Shown: one piece after another, positions 11,126 to 23,877 of the stretch
Position numbering within the stretch: the first letter of the stretch is position 1
Layout: every line of letters begins with the position of its first letter
Source of the DNA: Ramazzottius varieornatus
Taxonomy: Eukaryota > Animalia > Tardigrada
Length of the DNA stretch: 64,000 bases
Assembly (NCBI GenBank): GCA_001949185.1
Contig: BDGG01000002.1
Coordinates: forward strand, 7,120,448 to 7,184,447
Direction of reading: 5' to 3'
Translations under genes and position numbers: made by a program
The notes under the pieces: model-generated
What the model was told of the DNA's origin: nothing
Seen by the model: the letters and a program-made list of their open reading frames with translations, nothing else
The model's database searches: none

Positions 11126-13896
11126 CGAGGAAGACTCCATAATTATGTCAGGGTGAGATTCACACTGTAATTCGGTCAGGCTTTTTTCTCGATGCCCACT
11201 GGACCGAATCTTCCACTGCTTGTTTATACGTTGTAACGACAACTTTGCCGAGTCTTCTATTAAGTTTGAAGAGATTCACGAGATAAAATGAGGAGATATA
11301 GGCTCTGGAAGTCAGGAGCATCCCGCTAATGTTAAAAAGCCTGCGAAATAAATCAAGACAAGGCCGCTAGGGGGCACGTTCGTCGTTTTTTGCAGAAATG
11401 CTTGCAAACAGGAACACCACGTCATGTCGTCGGTTTCTGCGTTTACAGCACGATCATGAACGTTGCATTGGCTCAGCATGGAATCCATGACGTATAGCTC
11501 TCCCGATACGTGCAGTGATGCCGTACTGCATTGCCAGTTTTCACAAAAGGATATTTCCTGCAGATTTTCTGGTCTTTCATACTGCGATATTTCTCTCTCA
11601 CGATGGCTGTCCGTTCTCAGCTGAAAACAGCGTTTCAGGTGCACCAAGAGTTGTCGTTGGAAGCAGCTATTCACGAGGTAAAGAACGGCCAGAGTCAAGC
11701 CTCTGCAGCAAAGATATACAGGATCAGCCGTACAACCTTGCGTAATCGCCTGCAGAATTCGACTCCGTCTTCCGTTGGTGCTCCAACAAAATTCGCATCC
11801 CACGAAGAAGACCGTCTTGCCGAGTTTTTCTTAGCCTGCAGTGATCAGGGAGTCCCTCTTAACCGATATCATTGCCTGCAGATCTTTTCGGAAGTGGCGA
11901 TAGAACTTGGTAAGTTCACCTCAATAAACAACAGACAAAAGTAATTACCATTTTTATTACGATTTATCACAAAATGTTTGAATTGTAGGGATGCAGTCTA
12001 CCACTTTCAACGACGCATTTTTTAACCGCTTCATCTCCCGCCATCCTGACGTTTCCTTGCGCATTACTCACGCTTCCAACCGGAAGAAAGATCGAGAATG
12101 GACCACCGAACTTTGTGAGGAGTACATCTCTAGGTTGCGAAGCTTGTTTGACAGAGGATTCCTCGAAAGACCGGAGCAAGTATGGAACTTGGACGAGACG
12201 GCTTTTGATACATCTGAAATGTACGATCGCGTGGTTGCCAGAAAGGGAGTCAATCAGATCCCTTCACAATTTGACGGGAACGAGAAACAGTGTGTCACCA
12301 TTTTACCATGCGGTAATGCTGCTGGAGTCCAGCTTAAATTTATGGCTCTGTACGCAGGAAAAGTTCATGTGCAGTCCCGTCTAGATGACACCTTCGGTCT
12401 CTGCTACCATGCGGTCAACTCTTCCGGCTACATGGACACTGTACACTTCGCAAACTACATAAGAAAGGAGGTCTTTCCTGCTATAAACGAGCTCAAGGTA
12501 AGCTGAATTTGAGCATGACGTCACAAAAAATTTCGATTTTTTAGTAACTTGCGAGCATGCATCACTATGAATATTATGACGTCATCTGGTTGCGACATTG
12601 CGAGGAATCCTCTTTTATTCTATTTTAATTGTAGTCTGTAATCTTTCTGGATGGCCATTATTCCCACGTCAACAATTTGCGGCTGATACGGTACTGCAAG
12701 CAGTTCTTTGAAGAATCGGGAAATCAGGTCGAGATATTCTGTCTTCCATCTGGTCAGACTAGTCATCTCCAACCGTTCGATGTGTCTGCGTTTGGAGGTG
12801 TCAAAAAGAAGTGGAAAATGAATCTCCGTGACCGAAAGCTCGTCAAAGGAGGACGAGTAAGCAGTGTTTTGCTGAGCAAGAATGCTTTTCAGTTTTTGCA
12901 TATTCGCTTTGTTCATAGGGATTCCCTTTTAACTGTCATACTTTTAGGTGACGAAGGACAATCTACTGTCGCACGTGGTGAAACTTTGGTACCGAACCGA
13001 AGGATGCACGGAAAGGTACGCGTTCAATGTTGGACAGAGTTTACAGTCTGGGTTTGCCAAGACGGGATTGTTCCCGTTTTCACCGGAAGTGATACGACAA
13101 ACGGTGAAGCTTCACCACGATCCCCAAATAATCGAGCGCGGAATCCGCCGAGAAATACAGCAGGACTTCGGTCCTTTGATTAATATACTGAAAGACCAGT
13201 ACAACATCTCCGCCGAAAAGGACCTCGAAGATATCAAGGAGTTCATTCAGCTTAAACAGAAGGGTATTACCCCCGGGGCCGTGTTGGCCAATGTGATGCA
13301 GAAGGACTTGTTTGGAGAAGCACCGAAAAAGCAACGACGACAGGTAAACAGGCAGCTGAATACCGAGCCAGGTGCGCTGATCACCGGTCCCGAATTTGTT
13401 GCCGAGTTGGAGAAAGAAGATGAAAAGAAGAAGGCAGAGAAAGCTGCTGTTGAAGCAAAACGAAAGGCTGCAGCTGAAAAGAAAAAGAAAAATGCCACGA
13501 AAGAAAAAGATGAGAGTCCCACAGCATCGAAGCGCAAGGCATCAAATGTGAAGTCTCTGACAATCAAGAAAGCACGAGTTTAGTTTATCTTGGCGGAATG
13601 CGCTGTTGTACGATATTTGAGACGCATTCCGCTTTTTGAAGACTTAAAAATGTTGTACTTTGCTGATGATTTGCTCAGGTGATCAGAGAATTTAGGGATC
13701 AGAAAGGTAGAATTAAATCGAAATAGTGCAGTTCAAATTCTCCCAGAGTTTTCCCGTCCAACAGCACATAAACGTAGTACGGTATCAGGCTCAGCACGGA
13801 TCGCTAATGCTTGCGACACTGCTGCCCCCGCACACCACTGTCCTGACCGAATTATGGTGTAAATTTTACCCTGACATAAATATGGAGTCTACCTCG
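11126..13896 (+). mobile_element. pogo/Fot-like (Tc1/mariner superfamily) DNA transposon, full length
   Basis: 55-bp TIRs at 11126-11180 and 13842-13896 (CGAGGWAGACTCCATAWTTATGTCAGGGT..., 7 mismatches); TA at 11124-25 and 13897-98; encloses a transposase gene. Confidence 0.95.
11603..13583 (+). CDS. pogo-type transposase (HTH_psq + CENP-B-like HTH + DDE_1), 4 exons, 557 aa, DD42D
   Basis: Exons 11603-11909, 11989-12497, 12635-12856, 12948-13583 splice in frame. Motifs AAKIYRISRTTL, WNLDET, VTILPCGNAAG, FLDGHYSH, TSHLQPFD; Lys-rich C-tail. Confidence 0.9.
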
Positions 13897-14216
13897 TAGT
13901 CCTCGCAGTTCAACTCTTCCTGATGAGAAACAACACTGAGTGGCACGTTCTACTGAAGCTTAACCTTAAAAATGCTTCTGGTACGGCCTTCATGGGAGGT
14001 TGGCAGCGGCAGCACAGAAAGCTTTGCCGGTATATTTCAACTTCGCCTCCTGTATGTGAAGCTCAGCCAACCCAGCAGCTTGATTTACGGCGAACTGGTT
14101 CGCAAGTCAGCCCGTACATTCAGTGTATAGACCCTGTAGGACTACTGTTCGTCTGAAAAGTGACCAAAGAGCTTTCCAATTCCATGCAGTTCGACAGGTG
14201 TTGCCGGTCTCTAGAC

Positions 14217-14518
14217 TAGCCGCTATATTTGTAATGCTTTATGTTTGAAACATAGCAAATATTCATAGAATCTATGACGGCTTGTTTGATATTTCGGGCA
14301 TACTTTTGTAGTTCCGCGTGTTTTCTGGATTGTGAAGTTAGTTCTAGTGGATCTGCGTCCAGCATTGCAAATATGCTCCGGTACGGACGGCAGGCATAAA
14401 TGCCGTGCCAAGACATAGCATATGCTTGTGCTCAACGTATCAAAACATGCCGTCATAAATGCTATCAATATTTTCTATGTTTCAAACATGGCACGTTGCA
14501 AATACCGTATAACGGCTA
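14217..14518. mobile_element. Degenerate MITE-like inverted repeat with ~85-bp arms
   Basis: Left arm tatttgtaatgctttatgtttgaaacatagcaaatattcatagaatctatgacggc matches the reverse complement of about 14420-14518. Confidence 0.75.
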
Positions 14519-14805
14519 CCTTCGATGATCCCACTATAGGATGGGAAATGGACACAGTCGTTACAACTTTCCAGCATGTTGTTGAACAGTGTGCAGTCGT
14601 CGGTCCGGAGCTAAAAACCGCAAAGGTGCGGAGATCCTCGTTTTCGTTTGAAGCAATAACGAATAGCTGCCCGGCAAATCGCACACGAAAGCCATCTTCC
14701 CATCTGTTCTTCCCTCACCAGGACCGACTCGATGCTCCTGAAAGAGAGCTCGCGTTCTCCCCGAGGCGATCTCAGCTTCCGTGCAAGTGAAATCGCGCCA
14801 AGCGG

Positions 14806-15158
14806 ACACTTTGTACGCCAAAACAAGCCGTTAAAAATGGGCGTTGCACTGCGGTTGGAGCTTCTGTACACGCACGAGGGGAAAGTTTCGAACAGGCGAT
14901 TCCGAAACAGCGGAACGGTAATACGTATGTAAAAGTGCAATCCACACCAACAAACTTGATTTTCCACGGTTGAATTCTCAGTTTGTCGCCTTGTCCGCCT
15001 GCTCCAAACTTTTTACTGCTCCAAACTTTCTCTTCGTGCGTGTACGATTCACGTCAGTCAGTGAGAGTCACGGTTTGCTATATGCGCAAATTTCACTGGC
15101 TGATTTCGTCTGGCTCCATCCAACAGCCATTCTTAACGGTTGCTTTTGGCCTACACTG
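14806..15158. mobile_element. MITE-like element with nested inverted repeats; second copy near 41.5-41.8 kb
   Basis: Outer IR ccaaaacaagccgttaaaaatgg / ccattcttaacggttgcttttgg; inner IR gtacacgcacga..aaagtt / aactttctcttcgtgcgtgtac; right end ...CACTG-TA. Confidence 0.65.
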
Positions 15159-17878
15159 TAGCATCAAAGCTATGAAAACCAGCTGCTCATTAGACTTTGT
15201 TTTTGTTGGAGTACAGTATTGTTCGTTTTGTTGAAAGGTTACAAGGTTTACTTTACGGTGTGACATTGTCTGAAAATTTCCGTCTCGCCCTTATAACTTC
15301 AATAATATTTTCTTAGCAGCGCCGCAAAAATAACGAATACCAAAACGGCTGACCCGATCCGCAATCAATCCAGCCTTTCCGTCAAGAAGGAAAAAATTGC
15401 TTTTCCGGCCTGCTTGGCATCTGTTTCTTCTTCTGCAAAGCAGCTGGTTACCTTCATGGTCGGTGGCTCTAACCTGCATGAGTCGTGCGCGGCTGAGCTG
15501 GTGGCGATGTCCGGAGCTGAACTGCTTTGGCTGTCATCCGTATTTTTTAGCACAAGTGGGACCTGGCGGTTGTTCGACAACTTTATCGGAATCGCCTCAC
15601 GTTGGCATACCAACGGAGAAGCCCGAAAGCTGGCCGAGTTGCCTACGGAGTCGGATGCTTAGTTGAATGCCTTACCAGCTTGCTGCTTGCGCAACGTTTT
15701 CGATGACGTCCGTATGGTGAGCCGGGCGATTCAGAATTCCACAGTACTTGCGTCCGCCTGCGGGACTCGGTGCGACTGAGATTGAGTGCGCCTGTCACAG
15801 ACAGGCACACTCCGCCTCAGACGCAGAATCTGGATGTTCGACTACGGTTGCAGAGCTGGCACTTGTCTCCGCATGAATTATTGCATCGTACCTTAGTGGC
15901 TCGTCAGTCCTCGGCAGTTCTCGAATTTGTTAGAGACGATATAGTGAAGACATATACAAGCTGTTTACTTCGCCCTCGGCTCGCTCGCAGCTTGGCGATG
16001 AAGTAGAAAAATGAAAACGTATAGTTCCGAAAATTCTTATTGGTTATGGGTAAAGAATAGGTTCATCACTTCCGACATGTGTAAGTTCATGATTACATGG
16101 GTTTCGGCCTCCTAGTTTCCGGAGCATTATTTTTATGAAGTCTGACAGAACATCGAAGGCGAGGGTATGGTGAGTTCGTCGCAACTCGCCGTGGCTCGAA
16201 GTCCCACAAGTTTGTTCGCCGTTTTGGGAGGACTTTTGGGAATTCTCTACGGTGATTCGGCGCACATTGACCCGTCTCCGTCTGTAGCGTTGTTCCTGTC
16301 GTCTCTGAACGCTATTCCACTTGTACAGTTAGGGCAGGATTCACTATGAAAACTCAACAAAAAACAGACAAAGCACAAAGCAACCGTTGGCTCTTCGTTA
16401 GTCACCATTATCTTTCATCCTTATGTATATCCAAGCTGTCCGCTTTGCCTTCGGCTAGCTCTCAGCTTGCTTTGAATCGAGGGAACGTTAAAAATGCGGA
16501 GATTTTTCATGGGTGGTCTGGTCTAGGATGCTTAAAGTTGCAAATTCGTTGAAGGGTGTGATGGGTCGAAGCAAACCCTACACCAAAATCAAAACTGTAC
16601 TTCAGTCCGGCTTTTGAATAAACCTCGTTCAGCAAGGTTTATAGAACTATCATGGGAAAGAAGATCATAGGAACGACACCAGGGAGCCAAAAGTCGTCAG
16701 AGGAATTAGTTTCAAACAAAGCTCCACAGCCTGTTTCTCACGCGGAAAATGGTTACAGACAACGGACAGTTGTTGAGAATGTCTGATGAAGATCAAAACT
16801 AGCAGAGGCTGGCCGAGCTAGGCTCCGCCCAATGTTTTTTAACGTTATCACTTCGGCGGCCAATGGGAAACGAGTATTGCAAAAAGTCGCGGAATTTGTT
16901 TCCATAATGACAACAAGTTGAAAAGCTATCCTAAATGTGGTTTAAGCCGGAGCAATTGACGACAAAATTGTTTTAAAAGTTTTGACAAGTAGTGACTGTG
17001 ATATGATGTCTTTTAACCGATTATCGGTGTATTTGTCGAGATCTACGTATATCTTGACAATAATTGGCTGCCGTAGGCAGTCACCAAAGGTGGCATGAGC
17101 GGTTTGAGTGCTCCGTCCAGTTCGCGCTACCATTCTTTTATCCCGCCTTAAGAATCTTTCTACTGTGAACCATTTCTGCCCGCCATTTGAGCCATTTGAA
17201 TTGTAGCATCTGTACGGAAATCCTTCCGATGGAACTAAAAGCAAGCCGAAGTTGCCGGTGGACAAATGTGACATGGCCGGTGTCGGTGCTCTGGCCAGTC
17301 CGCGCTCTCCTTCTTGCAACCTGCTACTGTAAGCGCGTTCGGCCTGACGTAGTGTGCTGGTTTTTTGGTGTTGTTTGGATGAGTTTCTATTTCCAAGAAT
17401 GTTTTTGGAATGAGGGTGATTAGATGACACCCATTCGAAGATTTGGTCATTCGTGCACGCGACTGATCTTGAAACGGGAGGATAGGAAGCTGCGTCGATT
17501 GGTCTAACCTTTCGGGGCTTTTTAGTCTGGTAGTGGGCGAAGTCAGACGAGACTTAAACTAATGTCAAACAGACCCTGAGGAACCCGAATTCGAAATTAA
17601 GTTTCGACTACTGATCGATGATTTATGAGGAATAAGACGGAAGCACCGAAAGCACGTGTTTTCTTACGTCAGCTCGCACATCGGTCTCATACGCTGTGCG
17701 CAGCAGTCTTACTCAACTAATCAAATACCTAGACCGTGGAGACAACGTGCGCCGGAAGTGCTCGCTGGTGCGCGTCTCCAGCTGCAACTCGTTGCCAGTG
17801 TTGAAACTGACCCAGAACACCCCTGTGTATTTGGAGCAGTAATTTCAAATCTTCCAGCCACTCGTTTTGATTTCATTA

Positions 17879-20428
17879 CGAGGTAAAGGTTGTAAATGTA
17901 GCCGCCCCATACCGGGTTTGTAAAAATAGCCACCGCTGCGGTATGTGGTGGCGCACAGACAGTGCCGTAGTCTTAAGTCGTGGCATAGCCGATACCGGTT
18001 TTTAAAACTGTAGTATAGTAGATACCGCTCCTGCAGTCTGCGGGAGGCCGACATCTCTGTAACTGGACCATCCATTACAAAAACAGCACCTCGGCTTTAT
18101 AAAAACATTTAACAGGTTAGTCATCACAACACTAGATTTCGACGACGAAATACTCAGGTAATATGAGAGGTGAAACAGGGGAACCCGCACTAGATTTACA
18201 ATTGAAGAACTAGAGCATTCTAGGCTTTTTCGCAGCACGCGTCCGTCTGGCAGGAACACTGTGCGTCACTTCGTGGGGAACTTCGGCAGATTCATGGCTC
18301 GCTGAGGTTTTTCGCTTTACGGAACGAGACTTTCTGATCCGCGCAGTGTTTGCAGCTTCAGTCACAGCTCCGGACATCTCCTGACATTCCTCTTGACTTT
18401 CTTTTGACTTCCGTTTAGCCAGTTGAGCAGCCTTAGCTGCTTTCACAGCAGCACGCTTCGCGGCTTGGGTTGACTGGAAAGCGGGCTCGTTGGTCAATCC
18501 TCCAGCGTCAAGGTTGAGGTGCTCGTTCTTTTCTCGGCGGACTTTCTTTGGTACTGCGCTGAACAGCGATGCCTGGAGGGAAGCGGCCAGTACGGCGCCC
18601 GGCGTTACTCCTCGTTGCTTCAGTTTGATGAAATCTAGAATATCTTCTCTGTCTTTCTGTCCAGCAATGTCGAGCTCGTCCTTCAGCGTCTCAGTTAAAC
18701 TATCAAAGATGGACTGATAGTTTTTCGAAGCGGATTCCGCTGTACTGACAGGACTTTCAGGGCGATGTCGAGTCTTCACGGTGCCGCGGGAAGAGCCCAG
18801 ATTTTCGAAATATGAGATTCGGGCCCGCGTTGAGAGCGTGTTGCGGAGGACAGTCTTCGGTATGAAACCACAGCTTGACAAGATGTGGTTTCAACTTGTC
18901 CAAAGACGGATATATCGAACTTGTCCCAAGACTCTTTCGACTTGTCCAAAGACGGATATATCGAAGGGCTAAAGGTGGCCAGTCTGTCCAGCAGGCAGAG
19001 CGAACACATAGACGATTTTGCCGGTTTTCGCCTCAAACTCAGTGATATACTTCATCAGAGTGAAGTTGTTGACGAGCGAGAAATGTCCGTCCACGAAAAT
19101 TACATTCTGCAATACAATACGCATGACGTCATGACTCCAACCCTTCCAGGATCACAGAAATCAAACCACACGGTGTAATGACATAGTGCGCAACTTGACT
19201 GGGTAGACAGTGCTTACCTTTGTTTTGGTCATTGCGGGAAAAACCACCATCTTGAGGTAATTGGCGAAGTGCAGTTGGTCCATAGTCCCAGAAGCGTTCA
19301 CTCCTTGATAGCAGTGACCACCAGTACCATCCAGTCGAGAACGGACGTGCAGTTTTCCGGAGAAGAGAGCCATAAACGGAAGCTGGAGTCCGGCCGCATT
19401 ACCACAGGGTAAAATGGTAACCAACTCTTTCTCCGTTCCGTCAAACTGAGAGTAGATCTGCCTCATCCCCTTTCGTCCAACCACCCTGTCGAACATCTCC
19501 GCTGTGTTGAAGGCTGACTCATCCAAATTCCACACCTGTTCAGGCTCCTCCAGGAATCCTCTATCGTAGAGGAACTCAGTTAGCTTGCTGATGTACTTCT
19601 CCGCCAGTTCATGTGTCCATTCTCGGTCCTTCTTCCGATTGCTTGCGTGGGTTATCCGCATGGGTAAATTTGGATATCACTTGAGGAAACGGCGGAAGTG
19701 CTGGTTGTTGAAGGCTTTGTACTTAAGACCTGTAAACGCAACGGGAATCCTAAAATATTTAAGTAAGATGGAAAACAGACTCACGATAGATTTTACTCGC
19801 TTACCAAGTCGAATGTTCATTTCAACGATTGCCGCGGCACAATTTGTCGGCAAGAAGTCTGCTAGAGCTTCTTCTTCATGAGGAGGAATTTTCGGCTGCC
19901 GTCCACGACTTCCGGTGTGTCGATCATTCAGCCGATTACTGAGTGTGCGACGATTAACTCCATACATCTCGGCTGATTTCCGCTCGCTCCACTTCATCTC
20001 CTCCACCGCATGCGCCGCTGCTTCCATGGTTAGTTGAGCGTGAGCTTCTGCTGCCGTCTTAAGCTTAGGCGATGCCATTTTTTATTCACGATGAACAAAC
20101 CAGAAAATACTGCAGTAAGAACTTGGCCCTGCCGTATGAAATGAAATTACGTTGTCGATTAAATCTACGTCGCAAGTGCCTCTACCGGCCTTGATTCCGT
20201 TTCCGGTCCAGGCTCTTTAACATAGGACTTCATCGTTCTCTCAGTTGGGTATCTTCCTGGTTTCTCGATCCCTTACGTTGATCGCAACTAGCACCATTCG
20301 ACAGCCTATCATTTCATCTACCTTTTTATCTACAAACATTCGGGAACAAGTGTCACAAAACGAGCGAATTCCAACGGCTAACTTTACAAACCCGGTATGG
20401 GGTGGCTAAGTTTACAACCTTTCCCTCG
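17879..20428 (-). mobile_element. pogo/Fot-like DNA transposon, decayed relative of the 11.1-13.9 kb element
   Basis: 53-bp TIRs at 17879-17931 and 20376-20428 (CGAGGKAAAGGTTGTAAA..TAGCCRCCCCATACCGGGTTTGTAAA..TAGCC, 6 mismatches); TA at 17877-78 and 20429-30. Confidence 0.95.
18210..20078 (-). pseudogene. Transposase pseudogene (DD42D)
   Basis: Homologous to 11603-13583 (RITHASNRKKDREWT, PEQVWNLDE, VTILPCGNAAG, GVTPGAVLA). In-frame TGA at 19677-19679, TAG in GHL*PFD, deletions and frameshifts. Confidence 0.9.
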
Positions 20429-22096
20429 TACCGCAGCAAAGTGCGGCAAAATGAACCTATGGTGCGGTTCAACATTCTGAACAACTTGATGTCATAAAAG
20501 ACCAGTTCCGACCGAAAATGCTTTGGACGCATTCTCATATGCCGATACTCATATAGCGGATGGATTACAGGACGTGGTAGCTCATGGACTGGACACGGAG
20601 AGGTCAAAATTAATGTATGGGCAAGCGGCAAAGTAGATCAGTAAGGCGCGGCCAGATGACATCATATGGAGCTGAGCATGAATTTAAAGAATATCCGTAA
20701 ATGACCAATCAACGAACAGAACCTCCGTCTTGGATGATCTTGATTAGCCGATGAACGATAAGTTTCTCTTTGTTCCCGCGCCATACCTCCTAAACGAGCC
20801 CCGCCTTACTGGTCTACTCTGCTGCTGCCCGCTGGCCCGTAGAGACCTGGGCCGCAGGTCAAAAGGTACGCTGCATCTGTGCTGCGTCCTTTTCTGGTAC
20901 TCGGCAACCACGCTGCGCTGCGTAAATCTGGACCGGAGGGACAGTGCAGCTGCGCTGCACCTTACTGTACGTGCGAGGCAACTGCGCTGCGGTTTCAGTA
21001 ACAAATTTCCTCCGCTTTCCTCCAGAGAATTGTCAGATAACACGTGATCCTCCGTTATAGAGCTCTAATCATTCGGCTAACAAAAGCAGTTCACAGCAAA
21101 GTGCGTTGAAGCTACCTACAGAACTAACTGTGTCAAAGTCCGAAACTTCCGGTCACAGTGACAGCTTAACCACTAAGCCCTTCACGGTTGGGCGAAGCAC
21201 TATTTCAAGGAAAGCTTGCGCGACCGGTCGTTGTTTTATGAAGAAGCAAAATACACCTAGCAAACAAGGGTTGTATAACGGCCGCTAACCGGGAGATCCT
21301 TAGTTTGAAAATCGAAAACTCTTTTCGTATCATCTGCAGCTGCGCTGCCGTAGCTTGTCAGGCGCTGCACACGAAGGTCAAAGTGAATACTGCAACTGCG
21401 CTGCCACGCAGCGCACGCGGCCAGATCCCGGTCTCTACTGGCCCGTATAGTGAATCTTGGGTGCGATCGCAGCCCAGTAATCGTCGCGCTGTCATGTCGT
21501 AGCATTTCAACGAGTTGATTCAGCTTCCGTTGCTTGAACGTGAACAAATCAGTTTCTTCTATCGATTTATTTCGTTTCAGATTTCCCATTTCTACCGGAC
21601 ACAGCCCACAGCGAAGAACGGATGGTCCCCCATTCGCTCTTTCGATGGAGGGCAAATAGGGAAAGTGATGAGTCGAGGGATGACAATAAGGACGCTGCAT
21701 GGTCCAAGGCAGCAAGATTCTTGAGTCGAAGAAGTGAAAGAACCTTTGTGCGGCGGACACGATTTGATCAGTTTTGTCTTAGATGGCGGACAAAATCCTC
21801 AGTATACGTATTGGCTTATATACGTGTGATAGGAAAATAACATCGGTCGGATAACTGCCGCTGGTAGATCGAAAAACTATTCACTGCAGGTTGACCGTAA
21901 TGCGACAGTTCATCACGCACGTACCCGGCTATTATAAGTGGCGCACGCCAGTATCTCTTCAAAGCAGGAAACAAATGGTCAGATACTGTGCAGTAATAAT
22001 TATGTAAAACATTTGCAACGTTTCTGGGTTTCTGGGTCTCTCACAGTAAGCCAACAAGACTGCTCCGGCTTTGAAGTGGCTCTTGGGATGTTCAGG

Positions 22097-22780
22097 TTAT
22101 CCGTGAGTTTTCCCGCAGCACTTTTGATAGCTAATCGACGACCGTCGCTTTCTGACCATGTCCCCAATACGTCTTCCGGCTCGGGCAAGGAAGCATTTCG
22201 ACGACCAGCTTCCTTTGCGCGGATGCTCCCCATCTTCGAACGATGAATTCGCCAGGTTGACCGCGATTCCCTCTTCTTCGCTCCGAGAGAGGTGCTTCGC
22301 AGGAGCTTCCTGGCTCTTGGCGCCGACGGCATCTTTCAGCAGAGCTTCCCTTTCGTCGAGTCTACCAGTAACTGTAACTTTGGGCGTTCCTTCGATGCAG
22401 GGAGCCAGGTCGTCGAGCATCGCACCAGGCGGAGACTTGATGAGATCGGTCCGGGAAAACTTGCGGTAGATCAGTGGGCGTAGTTTTCGATCCTCCGAGT
22501 CAGTTTCAGGTTCTTCTTCGCAGGTTTCGGCAATAATCGCTAGCTTAGGAGGCTCACTTACGCATCTTCTGCGAGGTCGAGATTGCGCAGTCTCGATAAT
22601 GCTAGATGGAACTTTAAGTGCCGATTTTTTGCCCGCTTTTGCTATCGTGGTCTGTTCGATCACACCACAGCTTTGACGACGTTTCTGCTTATATGGTTTA
22701 GTAGTGCAGTAAAGCGCAGGTAGTCCCATCGTTCCGAAGTTGGATTTCATATTGACAGGAACCATCATCGTGACCAGCAT
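22097..22780 (-). CDS. Hypothetical protein, single 227-aa ORF, likely disordered
   Basis: Long ATG-initiated ORF with protein-like composition; no recognisable domain. Confidence 0.4.
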   Translation of the reverse strand: MLVTMMVPVNMKSNFGTMGLPALYCTTKPYKQKRRQSCGVIEQTTIAKAGKKSALKVPSSIIETAQSRPRRRCVSEPPKLAIIAETCEEEPETDSEDRKLRPLIYRKFSRTDLIKSPPGAMLDDLAPCIEGTPKVTVTGRLDEREALLKDAVGAKSQEAPAKHLSRSEEEGIAVNLANSSFEDGEHPRKGSWSSKCFLARAGRRIGDMVRKRRSSISYQKCCGKTHG

Positions 22781-23877
22781 TTCCGTCTACGCAAGCTCAC
22801 TATAAAAGAAAACAGAAAGACATTGAATCGAACTTGGCAAAACCCTGAACGAAAGCAATATGCGTTTGCATAATTTTCAAGACTCTCAAGTGGCTGATTC
22901 GGCTTACCCGACTGAAATAGTCGAGTACACGTTTACCGTAGTCGTCCCGTCCCGCACTGTCTGGTAGAAAGGTAGGAGCACTCTTCAACCGATAAAGGTA
23001 TGATTACCTCAGATTATGAACATTTCATGTGCAGACATCGTGGATAATTAAAGCAATTAGAGTAGCTTGGAGCTCGACCATGTGAATCTTGTGAGAGGTG
23101 ATGTCGCATCTGCATCTGTTGCCATCAAGTACAATGGTTGCCGAAGACAAAACCGGAACAAGATACCGAACTTCGGTTCGCACTAACCTCAAAGACGCGG
23201 CAGAGCTAGAAATTCGAACAGGTTGCTATCATCGAAACACTCGTACTAAAGTCACTTAGACATAGTACGCCCATCGTCGAACTTTTCCACATCGTAGTAA
23301 TGGCAGGAACCCAGGTACACGAGCGGACGACAGTGATGAACTTTGTTCGTCAGCGGATAATTCTCCTCTGTACCTGCAGTCTGAACAAGATATCGAAATG
23401 GTGCTGGAGTATCAAGAAGAAGTTTGACACTTGCAGCACAGTTAACATGTCGGCGCACGTGATTAACCCATACCGTTAAAACTGCGCTGGCTGTTTATCA
23501 GCACCTGGCTTCAATCGCATGGTTCTTCGATAAGTACTTGTTCATGTATGTCAACAGTCAGATGCATGTGCTACACGGCGAGTACCGAGCAGTGTAGACT
23601 TCCGCAACTGTAGAGAGAATGTTATATTCATAGTTCGAAATTTCGAATTTGAAAGTCCACAGAAAGAACAGTAACACGAACTGCGAACTGTGCTTCCGCA
23701 GTACAGAAACCTACTGACGGAAAACTATGTTAGTAAAATCTTTGGTAAAATTGATAAAAGGAAAGCACTTTCAGCTCTCTCATGAGGGTAACGGAAAAAA
23801 GTAGTGCTCGTAAAACTAACTTGATCCTCCACAAACCCATCCGATGAAAGTCATGAAATGCAGATGGCGACAGGTGC

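Noticed and set aside
15291-17450. Short ORFs between the two transposons
   Set aside because: No recognisable domains; candidate exons are blocked by stops and give no consistent splice model.
21936-21947. aagtggcgcacg half-site outside a recognised intron
   Set aside because: No inverted partner at 26-27 nt and no arms, so not counted as a family A copy.
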